A stretch of 64,000 nucleotides of DNA from Lachnospiraceae bacterium (GCA_045645665.1 JAZRJF010000089.1:12254-76253), one strand, 5' to 3'. Numbered from the stretch's first letter, positions 18,060-28,539 are shown. Translations and numbers: made by a program. The notes: generated by a model not told the origin, from the sequence alone.

Positions 18060-19001
18060 CTACATCAACACATATCTGACGAAGAACAAAATCGCCAGAT
18101 GCATCGGGTAGAACAAGTAAAATGCGTATTTCCACCGCGGATGCTGCTCCTTGCTGTAGCCAAGCGTTCCATCGTACAGCTTGATGAGAATCAGTGCCAC
18201 AGCACCGCCGATATAATATACAATCGTTCCACCGCCGACAAGCACAACAAGCGCACAGGCAATGAGCTTCGTATCCGGCTCGGCGTAGAAATAATAAAAC
18301 AGCAATACATACAACGGAATACTTTCCGGGTAGTCCATCTGAAGCAATATCGTCACAAGGTACGTCAGCACGATGGTTGCTACAAAGGATAGCCAGTACA
18401 AAATCTTTCCGCTCGCCGCTTCCTTCGCGGGACGCTCCTTGAAGCGTCTCTTCGCCATATCAAGGACCGACAGCATAAGAACTCCTATCACGAGAGTAAA
18501 CATCACGTTAAAAATGCTCAACACTCGGTCGGCAAGCAAAGACAGCTCCTCTTCGCCCAAGGCCTTCCATGCCTCATCCCCGATCTCGACACGATACTTT
18601 GCAATCTCTTCTGCCTGCTTCAGTGCAATGGCCAGCCACGGCACCTCTGAAATAACAGCAAAGCCGAGCAACCGTAAAGCATACTTCTTGCGACTGCGCG
18701 TCTTCATATAGCCCTCAACAAGCAACAGGCACACAAGCGGAATGGTGATCCGACCGATGCTTCTGCACACAGTATAGCCGATGGAGCCAAGCTCTAAAAA
18801 CAGAAGTCCGAAATGGTCCACCAGCATAGTAATACAGATGATAAGCTTCAGCTGCAGTGCATTTACACCAAAGCCTCGCGATATTCTTTCCGGTCCGTGC
18901 GATGTTCTTTTCGGTCTGCCCACATTCCTCGACGTGGGGGTATCATATACCCTCCAACTGTCTACCGCAGGCTCCTGCATAGTTAATTGCCTCTTCGCCA
19001 T
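18060..19001 (-). CDS. TraX-family membrane protein
   Basis: Polytopic membrane protein with the TraX signature LKLIICITMLVDHFG near the first TM segment. An N-terminal extension of about 45 aa is basic. An alternative start exists at 18980. Confidence 0.75.
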   Translation of the reverse strand: MAKRQLTMQEPAVDSWRVYDTPTSRNVGRPKRTSHGPERISRGFGVNALQLKLIICITMLVDHFGLLFLELGSIGYTVCRSIGRITIPLVCLLLVEGYMKTRSRKKYALRLLGFAVISEVPWLAIALKQAEEIAKYRVEIGDEAWKALGEEELSLLADRVLSIFNVMFTLVIGVLMLSVLDMAKRRFKERPAKEAASGKILYWLSFVATIVLTYLVTILLQMDYPESIPLYVLLFYYFYAEPDTKLIACALVVLVGGGTIVYYIGGAVALILIKLYDGTLGYSKEQHPRWKYAFYLFYPMHLAILFFVRYVLM

Positions 19002-19013
19002 AACCCCTCACTA

Positions 19014-20810
19014 TCACTTTTCTACACAGCCTTGCTCGCTTTGCAATACGACAACCGACTGCGCGGGAACGAGCATCCGCTGCCCCGCAGTTGCAACCGC
19101 TTCGTACCCATTCTCAGTACAAAGCACCACTCGGAAGCTGTAGCCCTTCGGGAGTCTCGGCACGCCAAATGCCTTCTCCTCTTCACTCATGTTGTACATA
19201 ATATAAAAGGTGTCGTCCGTTTCTCCGTCCGCTCGCCTTACGTATTCTCCGCACAGCAAAATGCCGACACAACGATTGTGAAATTCTCCGTCCTGCCTCC
19301 ACGCCTCCGTGCTGTGCACGGAAATACCGGGCATACCGAAGCTTCTAAGTGCGTCTTCGCTGATTCTTCCGGTCGCTCCGAACACCGGGTGCTCCCTCCT
19401 CAGCTTAATGAGTTCACGCACAAAGCCCCAAAATGCTTTGTCCTTACGAAGTCCCGACCAATCCAGCCAGCTCACCTCATTGTCCTGACAGTACGCATTG
19501 TTATTGCCACCCTGCGAATTGCCGAACTCATCGCCCGCGCGAAGCATCGGTGTTCCGACCGACAACAGCAAGGTCACCATCGCATTTTTCCGAAGCTTAT
19601 CGCGAAGTGCGAGCACCTTGCGACGCTTCGTCGGACCTTCCACCCCACAATTTTGACCGAAGTTATGGATTCTTCCATCGCGTCCGCCTTCCGCATTTGC
19701 CTCATTATGCTTGATCTCGTACGAGTACAAATCAGCCAGCGTAAAACCATTATGGTCCGTAATGAAATTCAGAGACGTTGCTCTGCCCGGCACGTGCGTG
19801 GTACGAAAAGCAAATGCCTGCGCCAAACCATAGTCCCCTCGCAAAAAGCGTCTCGTGTCCAGCTCAAAGCCATCGTTGTACACAAACAGACGATTCGCAG
19901 CGGTACGACATGCACCGTCCCAATAACCGCCCAGTAACTTCACCTCAGACAAATACGGGTCCTCAGCCAAAAGTCGTCCGTCCATTCGCTCCAGATTGAT
20001 TTGAAAACCGTCGATATGATATTCTCGCGTCCAGTATCGAAGTGCATCCAGCACCATTGTGCGGTTCGCACCCTCCGGAACATACATCTCCATCAGAACC
20101 TCGATTCCGCATCTATGAAGCGTTCTCACCATCGTCTTAAATTCGACATCGGCACGGCTTGCGTCCATAGCGTACGAAGCCTTAGGTGCAAAATAGTAAT
20201 AGGACTCTGTATAGCCCCAGTAATTCAGCTTCGCGCGCTCGTATTCGTCAAACTCCACACACGGCATCAAAAGCACTGCATTTACACCGAGCTCCTGCAA
20301 ATATCGAGCCTTTGCCGCCACGCCGGAATACGTTCCGTTTTTCTGCGACGCACACTTAGAAAAGCCACGCACATGCAACTCATACAGTACCATAGCCTCC
20401 TTCGCCACACCGGGAGCCTTATCACCGCGCCAGTCAAATCTATGAAGACGAAGCACTCCCTTTCGGTTCTCTCTCTGCTCCGCACTCAAACGCACACCAT
20501 ACTGCTCTCCACCGGTAACACGCGGCGCATACGGATCGACAAAACAGCTGCCCGCCAGCTCGTAGCGGTAGTAAAGGTCCGATGCCTCCAACTGAACCTG
20601 AACCGCAAACACCGAGCCCTCACGGTCTTCCTCAGTCAAAACAATTGAAAAATGAGGCTCATCGGCCGCCTCTGCGAACACATGAAGAATCACCTCCTCT
20701 GCCTCCGGTACGGACACAGCAAGGTTGGTCCACTTCCCCGCAGCGCTCACGCCGAGGGGAACCGGATTGCCTCTTCTGATTGCTCGCTTTTCTTCGCCAA
20801 TAAGCCTCAT
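19014..20810 (-). CDS. GH13 isoamylase/GlgX-like protein with substituted catalytic residues (probable pseudo-enzyme)
   Basis: 598 aa, colinear with GlgX-type debranching enzymes (N-terminal beta domain, NYWGY, NNNAYCQDNEVSWLDW). Conserved region II reads HIDGFQINLE, region III KLLGGYWD and region IV FITDHNGF. Confidence 0.8.
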   Translation of the reverse strand: MRLIGEEKRAIRRGNPVPLGVSAAGKWTNLAVSVPEAEEVILHVFAEAADEPHFSIVLTEEDREGSVFAVQVQLEASDLYYRYELAGSCFVDPYAPRVTGGEQYGVRLSAEQRENRKGVLRLHRFDWRGDKAPGVAKEAMVLYELHVRGFSKCASQKNGTYSGVAAKARYLQELGVNAVLLMPCVEFDEYERAKLNYWGYTESYYYFAPKASYAMDASRADVEFKTMVRTLHRCGIEVLMEMYVPEGANRTMVLDALRYWTREYHIDGFQINLERMDGRLLAEDPYLSEVKLLGGYWDGACRTAANRLFVYNDGFELDTRRFLRGDYGLAQAFAFRTTHVPGRATSLNFITDHNGFTLADLYSYEIKHNEANAEGGRDGRIHNFGQNCGVEGPTKRRKVLALRDKLRKNAMVTLLLSVGTPMLRAGDEFGNSQGGNNNAYCQDNEVSWLDWSGLRKDKAFWGFVRELIKLRREHPVFGATGRISEDALRSFGMPGISVHSTEAWRQDGEFHNRCVGILLCGEYVRRADGETDDTFYIMYNMSEEEKAFGVPRLPKGYSFRVVLCTENGYEAVATAGQRMLVPAQSVVVLQSEQGCVEK

Positions 20811-20837
20811 ATCGCATTCTCCAAACTGCAGTCAGGA

Positions 20838-22472
20838 TTAATCATCCGTCTCTGCATTGACAGTAATCTTCTGACGCTTTCTCGCCATAATATCGCTGTC
20901 AAGATACTCGTCGTACGTCGTCACCTTATCAATCAAGGTACCCTCCGGTACGATCTCCATGATACGATTTGCTACCGTCTGTATAAACTGGTGGTCCTGA
21001 GACGTAAACAACGCTACGCCCGGGAACTTAATCAAGCCGTTGTTGAGTGCCGTAATGGATTCCATGTCCAAATGGTTCGTAGGCTCGTCAAGCACCAGTA
21101 CATTTGCGCCCATGATCATCATCTTGGACAGCATGACACGCACGCGCTCACCACCGGAAAGAACGTTTACGGACTTCACTCCGTCGTCACCTGCAAAAAG
21201 CATTCTTCCGAGGAAGCCACGAACGTACGTCACATCCTTCTCCGGGGAGAACGGCATCAAGAAGTCAACGATCGTCTCACTTCCGGCAAACAGCTCCGTA
21301 TTGTCCTTCGGGAAATACGCCTGCGTTGTCGTGATACCCCACTTCACTTCGCCCGAATCCGGCTCCATCTCACCGCACAAAATCTTAAAGAGTACGGTAG
21401 TAGCCAAGGTGTTGCTTCCGACAAATGCAATCTTGTCCTCGCGACCTACGATGAAAGAGATGTCATCGAGCACCTTCTCGCCGTCAATTGTCTTGGACAG
21501 ATGAGAAACGGTAAGAACCTCATTTCCGATCTCTCTGGCGGGACGGAAATCAATATAAGGATATTTTCTGCTGGACGGACGTATGTCATCCAGCTCAATC
21601 TTTTCGAGTGCACGCTTACGGGAAGTAGCCTGCTTCGACTTCGAAGCATTTGCCGAGAAACGCTGAATGAACTCCTGCAGCTCCTTGATCTTCTCTTCCT
21701 TCTTGCGGTTAGCTTCCTTCATCTGCTTAATCATCAACTGGCTGGACTCGTACCAGAAGTCATAGTTACCTGCGTAAAGCTGAATCTTAGCATAGTCAAT
21801 GTCCGCGATGTGCGTACATACCTTGTTGAGGAAGTAACGGTCATGAGATACAACGATGACGGTGTTCTCAAAGTTGATCAAGAACTCCTCCAACCAGCGA
21901 ATTGCCTCGAGATCCAAATGGTTCGTCGGCTCGTCCAAGAGCAAAATGTCCGGATTTCCGAACAAAGCCTGTGCAAGCAATACCTTCACCTTCTGGCTAC
22001 CGTTGAGCTCACTCATCAGCTTATCATGGTACTCCGTCTCAATGCCGAGACCGTTCAAAAGGTTGGCCGCGTCGGACTCTGCCTCCCAGCCGTTCAACTG
22101 GTCAAACTCTGCCTCGAGCTCGCTCGCCTTGATACCATCCTCCTCGGTGAAATCCTCCTTCGAGTAGATTGCCTCCTTCTCCTTAGAGATATCGTACAAT
22201 CTCTGATTTCCCATGATTACGGTATTCAACACGTCAAATGCATCGTACTTGAAGTGATCCTGCTGCAGGAACGACAGACGCTGTCCCGGAGTAATTACCA
22301 CCTCGCCCTTGCTGGGCTCGAGCTGACCGTTCAAAATCTTAAGAAATGTAGACTTTCCGGCACCGTTTGCACCGATTAGTCCGTAGCAATTACCCTCTGT
22401 GAACTTAATATTCACATCCTCGAATAATGCCTTCTTGCCAATTCGCAATGTCACATTGCATGCTTGAATCAT
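20838..22472 (-). CDS. ABC-F family ATPase (two ABC domains, no TMD)
   Basis: 544 aa with two Walker A motifs (GANGAGKST; GSNTLATT is degenerate in the second), two LSGG signatures, and an inter-domain charged linker (KQMKEANRKKEEKIKELQEFIQRF). Confidence 0.9.
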   Translation of the reverse strand: MIQACNVTLRIGKKALFEDVNIKFTEGNCYGLIGANGAGKSTFLKILNGQLEPSKGEVVITPGQRLSFLQQDHFKYDAFDVLNTVIMGNQRLYDISKEKEAIYSKEDFTEEDGIKASELEAEFDQLNGWEAESDAANLLNGLGIETEYHDKLMSELNGSQKVKVLLAQALFGNPDILLLDEPTNHLDLEAIRWLEEFLINFENTVIVVSHDRYFLNKVCTHIADIDYAKIQLYAGNYDFWYESSQLMIKQMKEANRKKEEKIKELQEFIQRFSANASKSKQATSRKRALEKIELDDIRPSSRKYPYIDFRPAREIGNEVLTVSHLSKTIDGEKVLDDISFIVGREDKIAFVGSNTLATTVLFKILCGEMEPDSGEVKWGITTTQAYFPKDNTELFAGSETIVDFLMPFSPEKDVTYVRGFLGRMLFAGDDGVKSVNVLSGGERVRVMLSKMMIMGANVLVLDEPTNHLDMESITALNNGLIKFPGVALFTSQDHQFIQTVANRIMEIVPEGTLIDKVTTYDEYLDSDIMARKRQKITVNAETDD

Positions 22473-22544
22473 ATCCTACCTCATTTCTGTGCGCCACCGC
22501 GCCTATTCTCATCCTACCGACCGCCGTATCGCTACGACGTACTG

Positions 22545-23033
22545 TCAGCGGGGATCTTTCATCAACAAATGCTCCAACCATCCAAGGATAAATTCCGTAG
22601 CCGCAAGTCGCACCTCATCTCGTCCTCTGTCGGGAAAATGCTCCGTGCACGCATATAGCCTACCCTCAATCGCTATCGCAAAGCAAACCGTACCAACCGG
22701 TTGTTCCTCGGTACCGCCATCCGGTCCGGCTATTCCGGTCGTTGCAAGACCGATCTGAGCCTCGTTGTTCTTCGCGACTCCCAACGCCATTGCCGACGCC
22801 ACCTCTTCACTCACGATGCCGTAGCGCTCGATCATCTCGGCGGTGACATCCGTGTATTGCTGCTTTGCCTCGGCTGTATATGCAACGATACCTGCCTTCA
22901 GTACCCTCGATGCCCCGTCGGTACCGACGATTGCCGAAGCAACCATGCCTCCGGTGCAGGATTCTGCCGTAGCAATCCGGTATCCCTTGCTTTCACAATA
23001 CGCAAAAATCCTCTTTAGGTTAATAGCAATCAT
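22545..23033 (-). CDS. CinA-family protein / nicotinamide-nucleotide amidohydrolase (PncC-like domain)
   Basis: 162 aa with TAESCTGGMVAS and GLATTGIAGPDGG motifs, typical of the CinA C-terminal domain. Confidence 0.88.
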   Translation of the reverse strand: MIAINLKRIFAYCESKGYRIATAESCTGGMVASAIVGTDGASRVLKAGIVAYTAEAKQQYTDVTAEMIERYGIVSEEVASAMALGVAKNNEAQIGLATTGIAGPDGGTEEQPVGTVCFAIAIEGRLYACTEHFPDRGRDEVRLAATEFILGWLEHLLMKDPR

Positions 23034-23042
23034 CCTCTCAAA

Positions 23043-25154
23043 TTAAATCTCGAACAGCAACTTAGCGTACGTAGGAACCGGCCAAAGGTCGCTGTCTACG
23101 AGCATCTCAAGCTCATCCACCGGTGCGCGCAATGCCTCCATTGCCGGTACGACCTCTGCACGGAAATATTCTGCCATCTCCTTGCCTTCGGACTTCTCTA
23201 CCGCAATAGCATCCTTTGACTTGAGCTCCTCCAATGCCTCCTTCACGGAAGTAAGCAAGCCCATCGTCTTAGCCAGCAGCTCCTCCTGCACCGTTACGTC
23301 AATGCCGGGACAAGCGGAACGAATTGCATTGATGGAATCCGCCAAGCGCGTGGTATAACGAATCACCGCAGGTATGTACTTGCGTCCTGCCATCGAAATC
23401 ATCGTACGTGCCTCGATATTGATTGCCTTTGCATAGATCTCATAGTTAATCTCCGCACGGCTCTTAAGCTCGGTCTCTGTGAATACACCCTGACCGGCGA
23501 ACAATGCAACCGACTTCTCGGTCAAAAGACTCGGAATCGCCTCCACCATTGAGCGCAGGTTCGGAAGGCCTCTTCTCTCTGCCTCCTCAATCCACTCCTG
23601 TGCGTAACCGTTTCCGTTGAAAATGATGCGCTCGTGCTCGGAAAGAGACTTCTTAATCAAGTCATGAACTGCCTGCTCAAAATCCTCAGCGGCCTCGAGA
23701 ATGTCCGCAAACTGTTCCAGCGTCTCAGCCACAATGGTATTGATTGTTGTGTTCGCGTCCGCAATCGACATAGACGATGCTACCGAACGGAACTCAAACT
23801 TGTTACCCGTAAACGCAAACGGTGACGTACGATTTCGGTCAGTTGCATCACGACCGATGGACGGCAACGTTGCTACACCGGTATTCAGGCGACCTTCCTT
23901 CTTAAGATGCTTCGCCTCACCGGTCTCAATAAGCTGCGTAACCACATCCTCAAGCTGCTCGCCCAAGAATACGGAGATGATCGCCGGCGGTGCCTCATTT
24001 GCACCGAGACGATGGTCGTTACCCGGATTGGCTGCAGACAGACGAAGCAAATCGCCGTGCTTATCTACCGCCTCGAGCACTGCTGCCAAGAACAGCAAAA
24101 ACTGAATGTTCTCATTCGGAGTCTTGCCCGGATTCAAAAGATTCTTTCCCGTATCGGTTACGAGCGACCAGTTGTTGTGCTTTCCGGAACCGTTCACTCC
24201 GGCAAACGGCTTTTCGTGAAGAAGACATTCAAGGCCATGGCGCTTTGCCACCTTCTTCATGCACTCCATAATCAACTGATTGTGGTCAGTCGCAATATTT
24301 GCAGTCGTATAAATGGGCGCAAGCTCGTGCTGAGCCGGTGCCGCCTCGTTGTGCTGCGTCTTCGCAAGAATTCCAAGCTTCCAAAGCTCACGATTCAGCT
24401 CCTTCATGTATGCAGCAACACGTTCCTTCAGGCTTCCGAAGTAATGGTCGTCCATCTCCTGTCCCTTCGGCGGCTTTGCTCCGAACAGGGTTCTACCCGT
24501 AAAGATCAAATCCTCACGTTCCATATAAGTCTTGTGGTCCACAAGGAAATATTCCTGCTCAGGTCCAACCGAACAATCCACATGCGTCACATCCGTATGT
24601 CCGAACAAATGCACAATACGAAGTGCCTGCTTATTGATTGCCTCCATGGAACGAAGCAAAGGAGTCTTCATATCCAGCGCTTCGCCGGTATAAGAGCAAA
24701 ATGCTGTCGGGATGCACAGCGTTACACCGGCTGCGTCCTCACGCAAAAATGCCGGCGAGGTAAAATCCCATGCCGTATAGCCTCTTGCCTCGAAGGTTGC
24801 ACGAAGTCCGCCGCTCGGGAAAGACGATGCATCGGGCTCACCCTTGATCAGCTCCTTACCGGAGAACTCCATGATTACCTTACCGCCGGGTGCCGGCGTA
24901 ATAAACGAATCGTGCTTCTCTGCCGTAATTCCGGTCAGCGGCTGAAACCAATGTGAATAATGCGTCGCTCCACGCTCCAGAGCCCACTCCTTCATTGCGC
25001 CCGCAATGACCTGCGCCACCTCGGGGCTAAGTGCTTCTCCGCACTCCATAGCATGCTTCCATGCGGTGAAGGTCTCCTCGGGAAGTCTCTCCTTCATCAC
25101 GGTTTCGTTAAATACGTCCATACCGAATATATCGGTTACTCTTTCAATCATCAT
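23043..25154 (-). CDS. glnN: Glutamine synthetase type III
   Basis: 703 aa. The length and N-terminal pattern ([16 protein letters not shown]...[12 protein letters not shown]) are typical of GSIII. The GS catalytic core reads [10 protein letters not shown]. Confidence 0.9.
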   Translation of the reverse strand: MMIERVTDIFGMDVFNETVMKERLPEETFTAWKHAMECGEALSPEVAQVIAGAMKEWALERGATHYSHWFQPLTGITAEKHDSFITPAPGGKVIMEFSGKELIKGEPDASSFPSGGLRATFEARGYTAWDFTSPAFLREDAAGVTLCIPTAFCSYTGEALDMKTPLLRSMEAINKQALRIVHLFGHTDVTHVDCSVGPEQEYFLVDHKTYMEREDLIFTGRTLFGAKPPKGQEMDDHYFGSLKERVAAYMKELNRELWKLGILAKTQHNEAAPAQHELAPIYTTANIATDHNQLIMECMKKVAKRHGLECLLHEKPFAGVNGSGKHNNWSLVTDTGKNLLNPGKTPNENIQFLLFLAAVLEAVDKHGDLLRLSAANPGNDHRLGANEAPPAIISVFLGEQLEDVVTQLIETGEAKHLKKEGRLNTGVATLPSIGRDATDRNRTSPFAFTGNKFEFRSVASSMSIADANTTINTIVAETLEQFADILEAAEDFEQAVHDLIKKSLSEHERIIFNGNGYAQEWIEEAERRGLPNLRSMVEAIPSLLTEKSVALFAGQGVFTETELKSRAEINYEIYAKAINIEARTMISMAGRKYIPAVIRYTTRLADSINAIRSACPGIDVTVQEELLAKTMGLLTSVKEALEELKSKDAIAVEKSEGKEMAEYFRAEVVPAMEALRAPVDELEMLVDSDLWPVPTYAKLLFEI

Positions 25155-25204
25155 ATACTCCCATTCAGCACGCAGTACTGCGCACGGTTTTATTTTCTAC
25201 AGTT

Positions 25205-26038
25205 TTATTTTGCTTCTGTCTTAATAGCAACGTCCAACTGTCGGAACGGAATGGAGTAACCGTTCTTCTGCATAGCATAACGAATCTCTTCCTGCATCTC
25301 GAAGAGCATATCCCAGTACTGTTCCTTCTTAACCCAGAAACGGAAACCGATGTTCACAGAGCTATCTGCAAATTCCTTCACGTAGATGTCTACCGGCTGA
25401 TCTGCGAGAATCCCGTCTCTTCCGTCAACCAACTGTGCGAGCATCTTCTTCACGCTACGAATATCATCGTCGTAGGACATCGGAACAACCAAATCAACAC
25501 GGCGAATCGGCTTCTCGGAAACATTTACGAGATTGCTGTTGGAAAGACTGCCGTTCGGCAATACAACAACGCGGTTATCCGTTGTAATAAGCTTTGTGTA
25601 GCAAATTCCGATCTCGGTTACCGTACCTTCCAAGCCGCTTACGGAAATGTAGTCATCAACACGGAAAGGTCTGGTCACGAGAATCAATACGCCACCTGCA
25701 AAGTTCGAAAGGCTTCCCTGCAATGCAAGACCGATTGCCAAGCCGGCAGAAGTCAATGCGGCAATAAACGAGGTCGTCGGAATTCCGAGACGATCCACAA
25801 TAATCAACGCAAGGAAGATGTACAATGCAACCTTCGTAAGCATCGTCAAAAATCCGGTCACACCGGCATCCAGCTTCTTAGAGCAAAGCTTCTTCACAAG
25901 ACGAACCGCCCACTTGATCACAATGCGTCCGACAATAAAGATAACAAGGGCAATCAAAATGTTCTCAAGCACCGGCCAAATGCTCCAAAAAGCATCGAGA
26001 ACATTGCCATCCATCAAATTCTCAATAAAATTCTTCAT
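25205..26038 (-). CDS. Small-conductance mechanosensitive channel (MscS family)
   Basis: Start moved to ATG 26038 (MKNFIENLMDG...) behind AAGGAG. Three TM segments are followed by the MscS beta-domain pattern (RPFRVDDYISVSGLEGTVTEIGICYTKLITTDNRVVVLPNGSL). Confidence 0.88.
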   Translation of the reverse strand: MKNFIENLMDGNVLDAFWSIWPVLENILIALVIFIVGRIVIKWAVRLVKKLCSKKLDAGVTGFLTMLTKVALYIFLALIIVDRLGIPTTSFIAALTSAGLAIGLALQGSLSNFAGGVLILVTRPFRVDDYISVSGLEGTVTEIGICYTKLITTDNRVVVLPNGSLSNSNLVNVSEKPIRRVDLVVPMSYDDDIRSVKKMLAQLVDGRDGILADQPVDIYVKEFADSSVNIGFRFWVKKEQYWDMLFEMQEEIRYAMQKNGYSIPFRQLDVAIKTEAK

Positions 26039-26189
26039 ACTTAACTCCTTATCTCGCATTTCCCTCCCATATGGGAATGCGGTTGAATATTTCAAGCAGC
26101 ATACCGGTGTGCCGGCACGCAAACGAACTTTTGTAATCTCCCAAAAATACATTCCGACTCATCGCATGGTCTGACATTGCGCCGCGCGA

Positions 26190-26846
26190 CTACTCAAGAT
26201 ACCAGGCATCTCTCGGTGCTTCCTCGCCTTCCTCTTGCTTAGGCATGTACTTCTTAAAGACGCGCTCAATCAAGAAAGAAGAAATCAACGCATGCAATCC
26301 CGGAAGCACAAACAGGAACAGCGGCATCACGTTGACTGCCAGCACTACAAGTAAAAACAGAACCGTCAAGATAAACGTCGTCGGCAAATGACGCATCGCC
26401 ATCATAAAGGACATCTTCATCCACTGCCAAAAGGTCAGTGTGAATCTGGAGAGTACCGGGTAGACAAACATCGTAACGAACAGTGCCGTGATGATTACGA
26501 TAACAACAACGGTGTAGTACACCTGCGTGAAAATCAAGTCCGGATTCATCTGTACGGAAAGGACATAACACACATACAACAAATACACAAGCACCGCCTG
26601 AAGAATACCACAAATAAAGCCTTGCTTGAAATTCAAGCGAAATGACTTGAAGAACTCCTTCCATGCATAGCCTCTGCTCTTTCTCAGATTCTTCACCGTT
26701 GCGTAGTACAGTGCCGTACACGCAGGGCCGATACCCAAAAGAACCGTCAGCAGGAACAGTGCATTGAGAATAAACAAGTCCGCCACTTTGTTCATGGCAG
26801 AGAAAAATTTGTTGTCAACACTGAACACGTCAGAAAAACCGCTCAT
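26190..26846 (-). CDS. YesL/DUF624-family membrane protein
   Basis: The N-terminus (FFSAMNKVADLFILNALFLLTVLLGIGPACTALYYATVKNLRKSRGYAWKEFFKSFRLNFKQG) matches the DUF624 pattern. Confidence 0.75.
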   Translation of the reverse strand: MSGFSDVFSVDNKFFSAMNKVADLFILNALFLLTVLLGIGPACTALYYATVKNLRKSRGYAWKEFFKSFRLNFKQGFICGILQAVLVYLLYVCYVLSVQMNPDLIFTQVYYTVVVIVIITALFVTMFVYPVLSRFTLTFWQWMKMSFMMAMRHLPTTFILTVLFLLVVLAVNVMPLFLFVLPGLHALISSFLIERVFKKYMPKQEEGEEAPRDAWYLE

Positions 26847-27101
26847 AGCTCACCTCGTACTGTAAAAATCGCCGCACACGCCGCATTTATCCTAGTTTGT
26901 CAAAAGGAAAAACCCTTTGACGCCATAGTCGGTTTTATTGTATCACAACGAATGGCATTTGGCAACTGATTTTCCGCGTGCCGCGGTCGGTTCGTAACGG
27001 ATTGAAAATATCCTCACGTCTGCTGTTCTTACGGCGAATATTTTACTTTGTATCTCCTTGTATTTATGGTATACTGAGCTCGGAAATATATTTCGGGGAG
27101 A

Positions 27102-28049
27102 ATGAATATGGAACAAAAGAATTTCGGCTTAGTGTTTGCCGGTGGCGGAGGCAAAGGCGCTTATCAGATCGGTGTATGGAAGGCTCTCAAGCACCTTCGC
27201 ATGGACACTTGGATCAAAGCCATCTCCGGCGACTCCATCGGCGCATTAAACGCAGTGCTGTTTACAAACGGCGACTACGACACGGCAGAACGAGTATGGC
27301 GAAACATCACACCGGAACAGTTTATGGATCCGAACATCGGCGGAACCTGCTCTCGCGACGCGCTTGTGAAGCTTTTGCACGAAGAAATCGACCTTTCCGT
27401 CGTATCGAATTCGTCGATACGAACGTATGTCACCATCGCAGAGGCCAAGCCATTCGCGCCTTCGGAAGATTTTGAGGCATCGATACGTGCCATCTTCGAG
27501 GAGGAGCACGAGGGCGAATATCGTCTACTCAACGGATTGCCCCCGCAGGATATCGTGCAGCTTTTGCTTGCGAGCACTGCCCTCCCGGTCATGTACGCAC
27601 CGGTTAAGATCGGCGACACCTATTATCGCGACGGCGGTCTTTTCGACAACATGCCGATGAGACCTTTGTTGGAGGATGGTATCCGCGATTTGATTTTGGT
27701 TAAGCTAAAAGCCGAGTCCGAATACGACATCTATCTTTCCTCGCAGGCCGATACCTTGATTGAGATTTCACCGAGTACAAGCCTCGGCGGCTTTGTCGAC
27801 GGCACTTTGGATTTCAACGGAGAAAATGCGGAGTTCCGTATGCAGCTCGGCTTCTACGATACCCTTCGTGCATTTGAATTCTACGAGCGTAGAATCATGG
27901 GTTTCCCGGCAACTCCGGCGGAAAAGGCCCGTCGCATTCAGCAAGACATCGAAAATGCGACGACGGCTGCAAGAGCCGCTAAGGCCATCTCGAGCATCGA
28001 CCGAAACATGGACATGCTCAGCTCCATTTATAAAAAATACGACATCTGA
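27102..28049 (+). CDS. Patatin-like phospholipase
   Basis: Oxyanion motif GGGGKGAY, nucleophile elbow GDSIG (GxSxG) and catalytic DGG (YRDGGLFDN). The ATG at 27108 has better spacing to GGGGAG than the ATG at 27102. A candidate promoter is TTGTAT-16-TATACT with an extended TG at about 27050..27077. Confidence 0.88.
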   Translation: MNMEQKNFGLVFAGGGGKGAYQIGVWKALKHLRMDTWIKAISGDSIGALNAVLFTNGDYDTAERVWRNITPEQFMDPNIGGTCSRDALVKLLHEEIDLSVVSNSSIRTYVTIAEAKPFAPSEDFEASIRAIFEEEHEGEYRLLNGLPPQDIVQLLLASTALPVMYAPVKIGDTYYRDGGLFDNMPMRPLLEDGIRDLILVKLKAESEYDIYLSSQADTLIEISPSTSLGGFVDGTLDFNGENAEFRMQLGFYDTLRAFEFYERRIMGFPATPAEKARRIQQDIENATTAARAAKAISSIDRNMDMLSSIYKKYDI

Positions 28050-28110
28050 TTTCCGCACAGGTACGACCACTAACACCTGTATGACATCCGTTCGGAGACT
28101 ATCAGAACAT

Positions 28111-28151
28111 AAAAAGGGCATATGCAGTTACTTCGGTATTCTGCATATGCC
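28111..28151 (-). terminator. Rho-independent terminator ending the long minus-strand operon
   Basis: Stem GGCATATGCAG/CTGCATATGCC with a 13-nt loop starts 1 nt after the stop at 28152. It is followed on the minus strand by TTTTT. Confidence 0.8.
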
Positions 28152-28523
28152 TTATTCCGTTATCGTATTCTTTTTCTTCTCCGCACGCTTCTCCTTTTGC
28201 TTTGAAAGCGTTTCCTTCAGCTTTACGTACAGGTTCTTCAATATTCCCAACGTCTTCTCGTCATTCGGGAATAGGAGCTTCAGCAAAAAAATCGCTATCG
28301 CCAAGGTCACAAGCTTTTCCGGCGTGAACGGCACCCACAAAAATGCCAAGTAGGCGCTCGCTACGGCAATCATCCACGGAATCTCCAGTACTGTCCCTAC
28401 GAAGAACAGAATATAGGACCAACCGTTTGTAATCAGCCACGCAATACCAAAGCAAAGTAGCAGACGCGGATTCAATATAAACTCTACCGCCTTCTTCAGC
28501 ACCTTCTTCAGTTTTTCCTTCAT
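28152..28523 (-). CDS. Small hypothetical membrane protein (123 aa, 2-3 TM segments, Lys-rich tail)
   Basis: Hydrophobic segments (LLLCFGIAWLITNGWSYILFFVG, IPWMIAVASAYLAFLWVPF, LVTLAIAIFLLKLLF). It is co-oriented with the preceding ORF and begins 16 nt after it. No family recognised. Confidence 0.55.
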   Translation of the reverse strand: MKEKLKKVLKKAVEFILNPRLLLCFGIAWLITNGWSYILFFVGTVLEIPWMIAVASAYLAFLWVPFTPEKLVTLAIAIFLLKLLFPNDEKTLGILKNLYVKLKETLSKQKEKRAEKKKNTITE

Positions 28524-28539
28524 TCTCCCCGCATACCTC

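Noticed and set aside
10116-19001. Calling an integrative/conjugative element or prophage as a mobile_element feature
   Set aside because: No integrase, recombinase, relaxase, T4SS ATPase or att-like duplication of tRNA ends was detected. Only suggestive cargo-type genes are present, so this is reported as a hypothesis and not as a feature.
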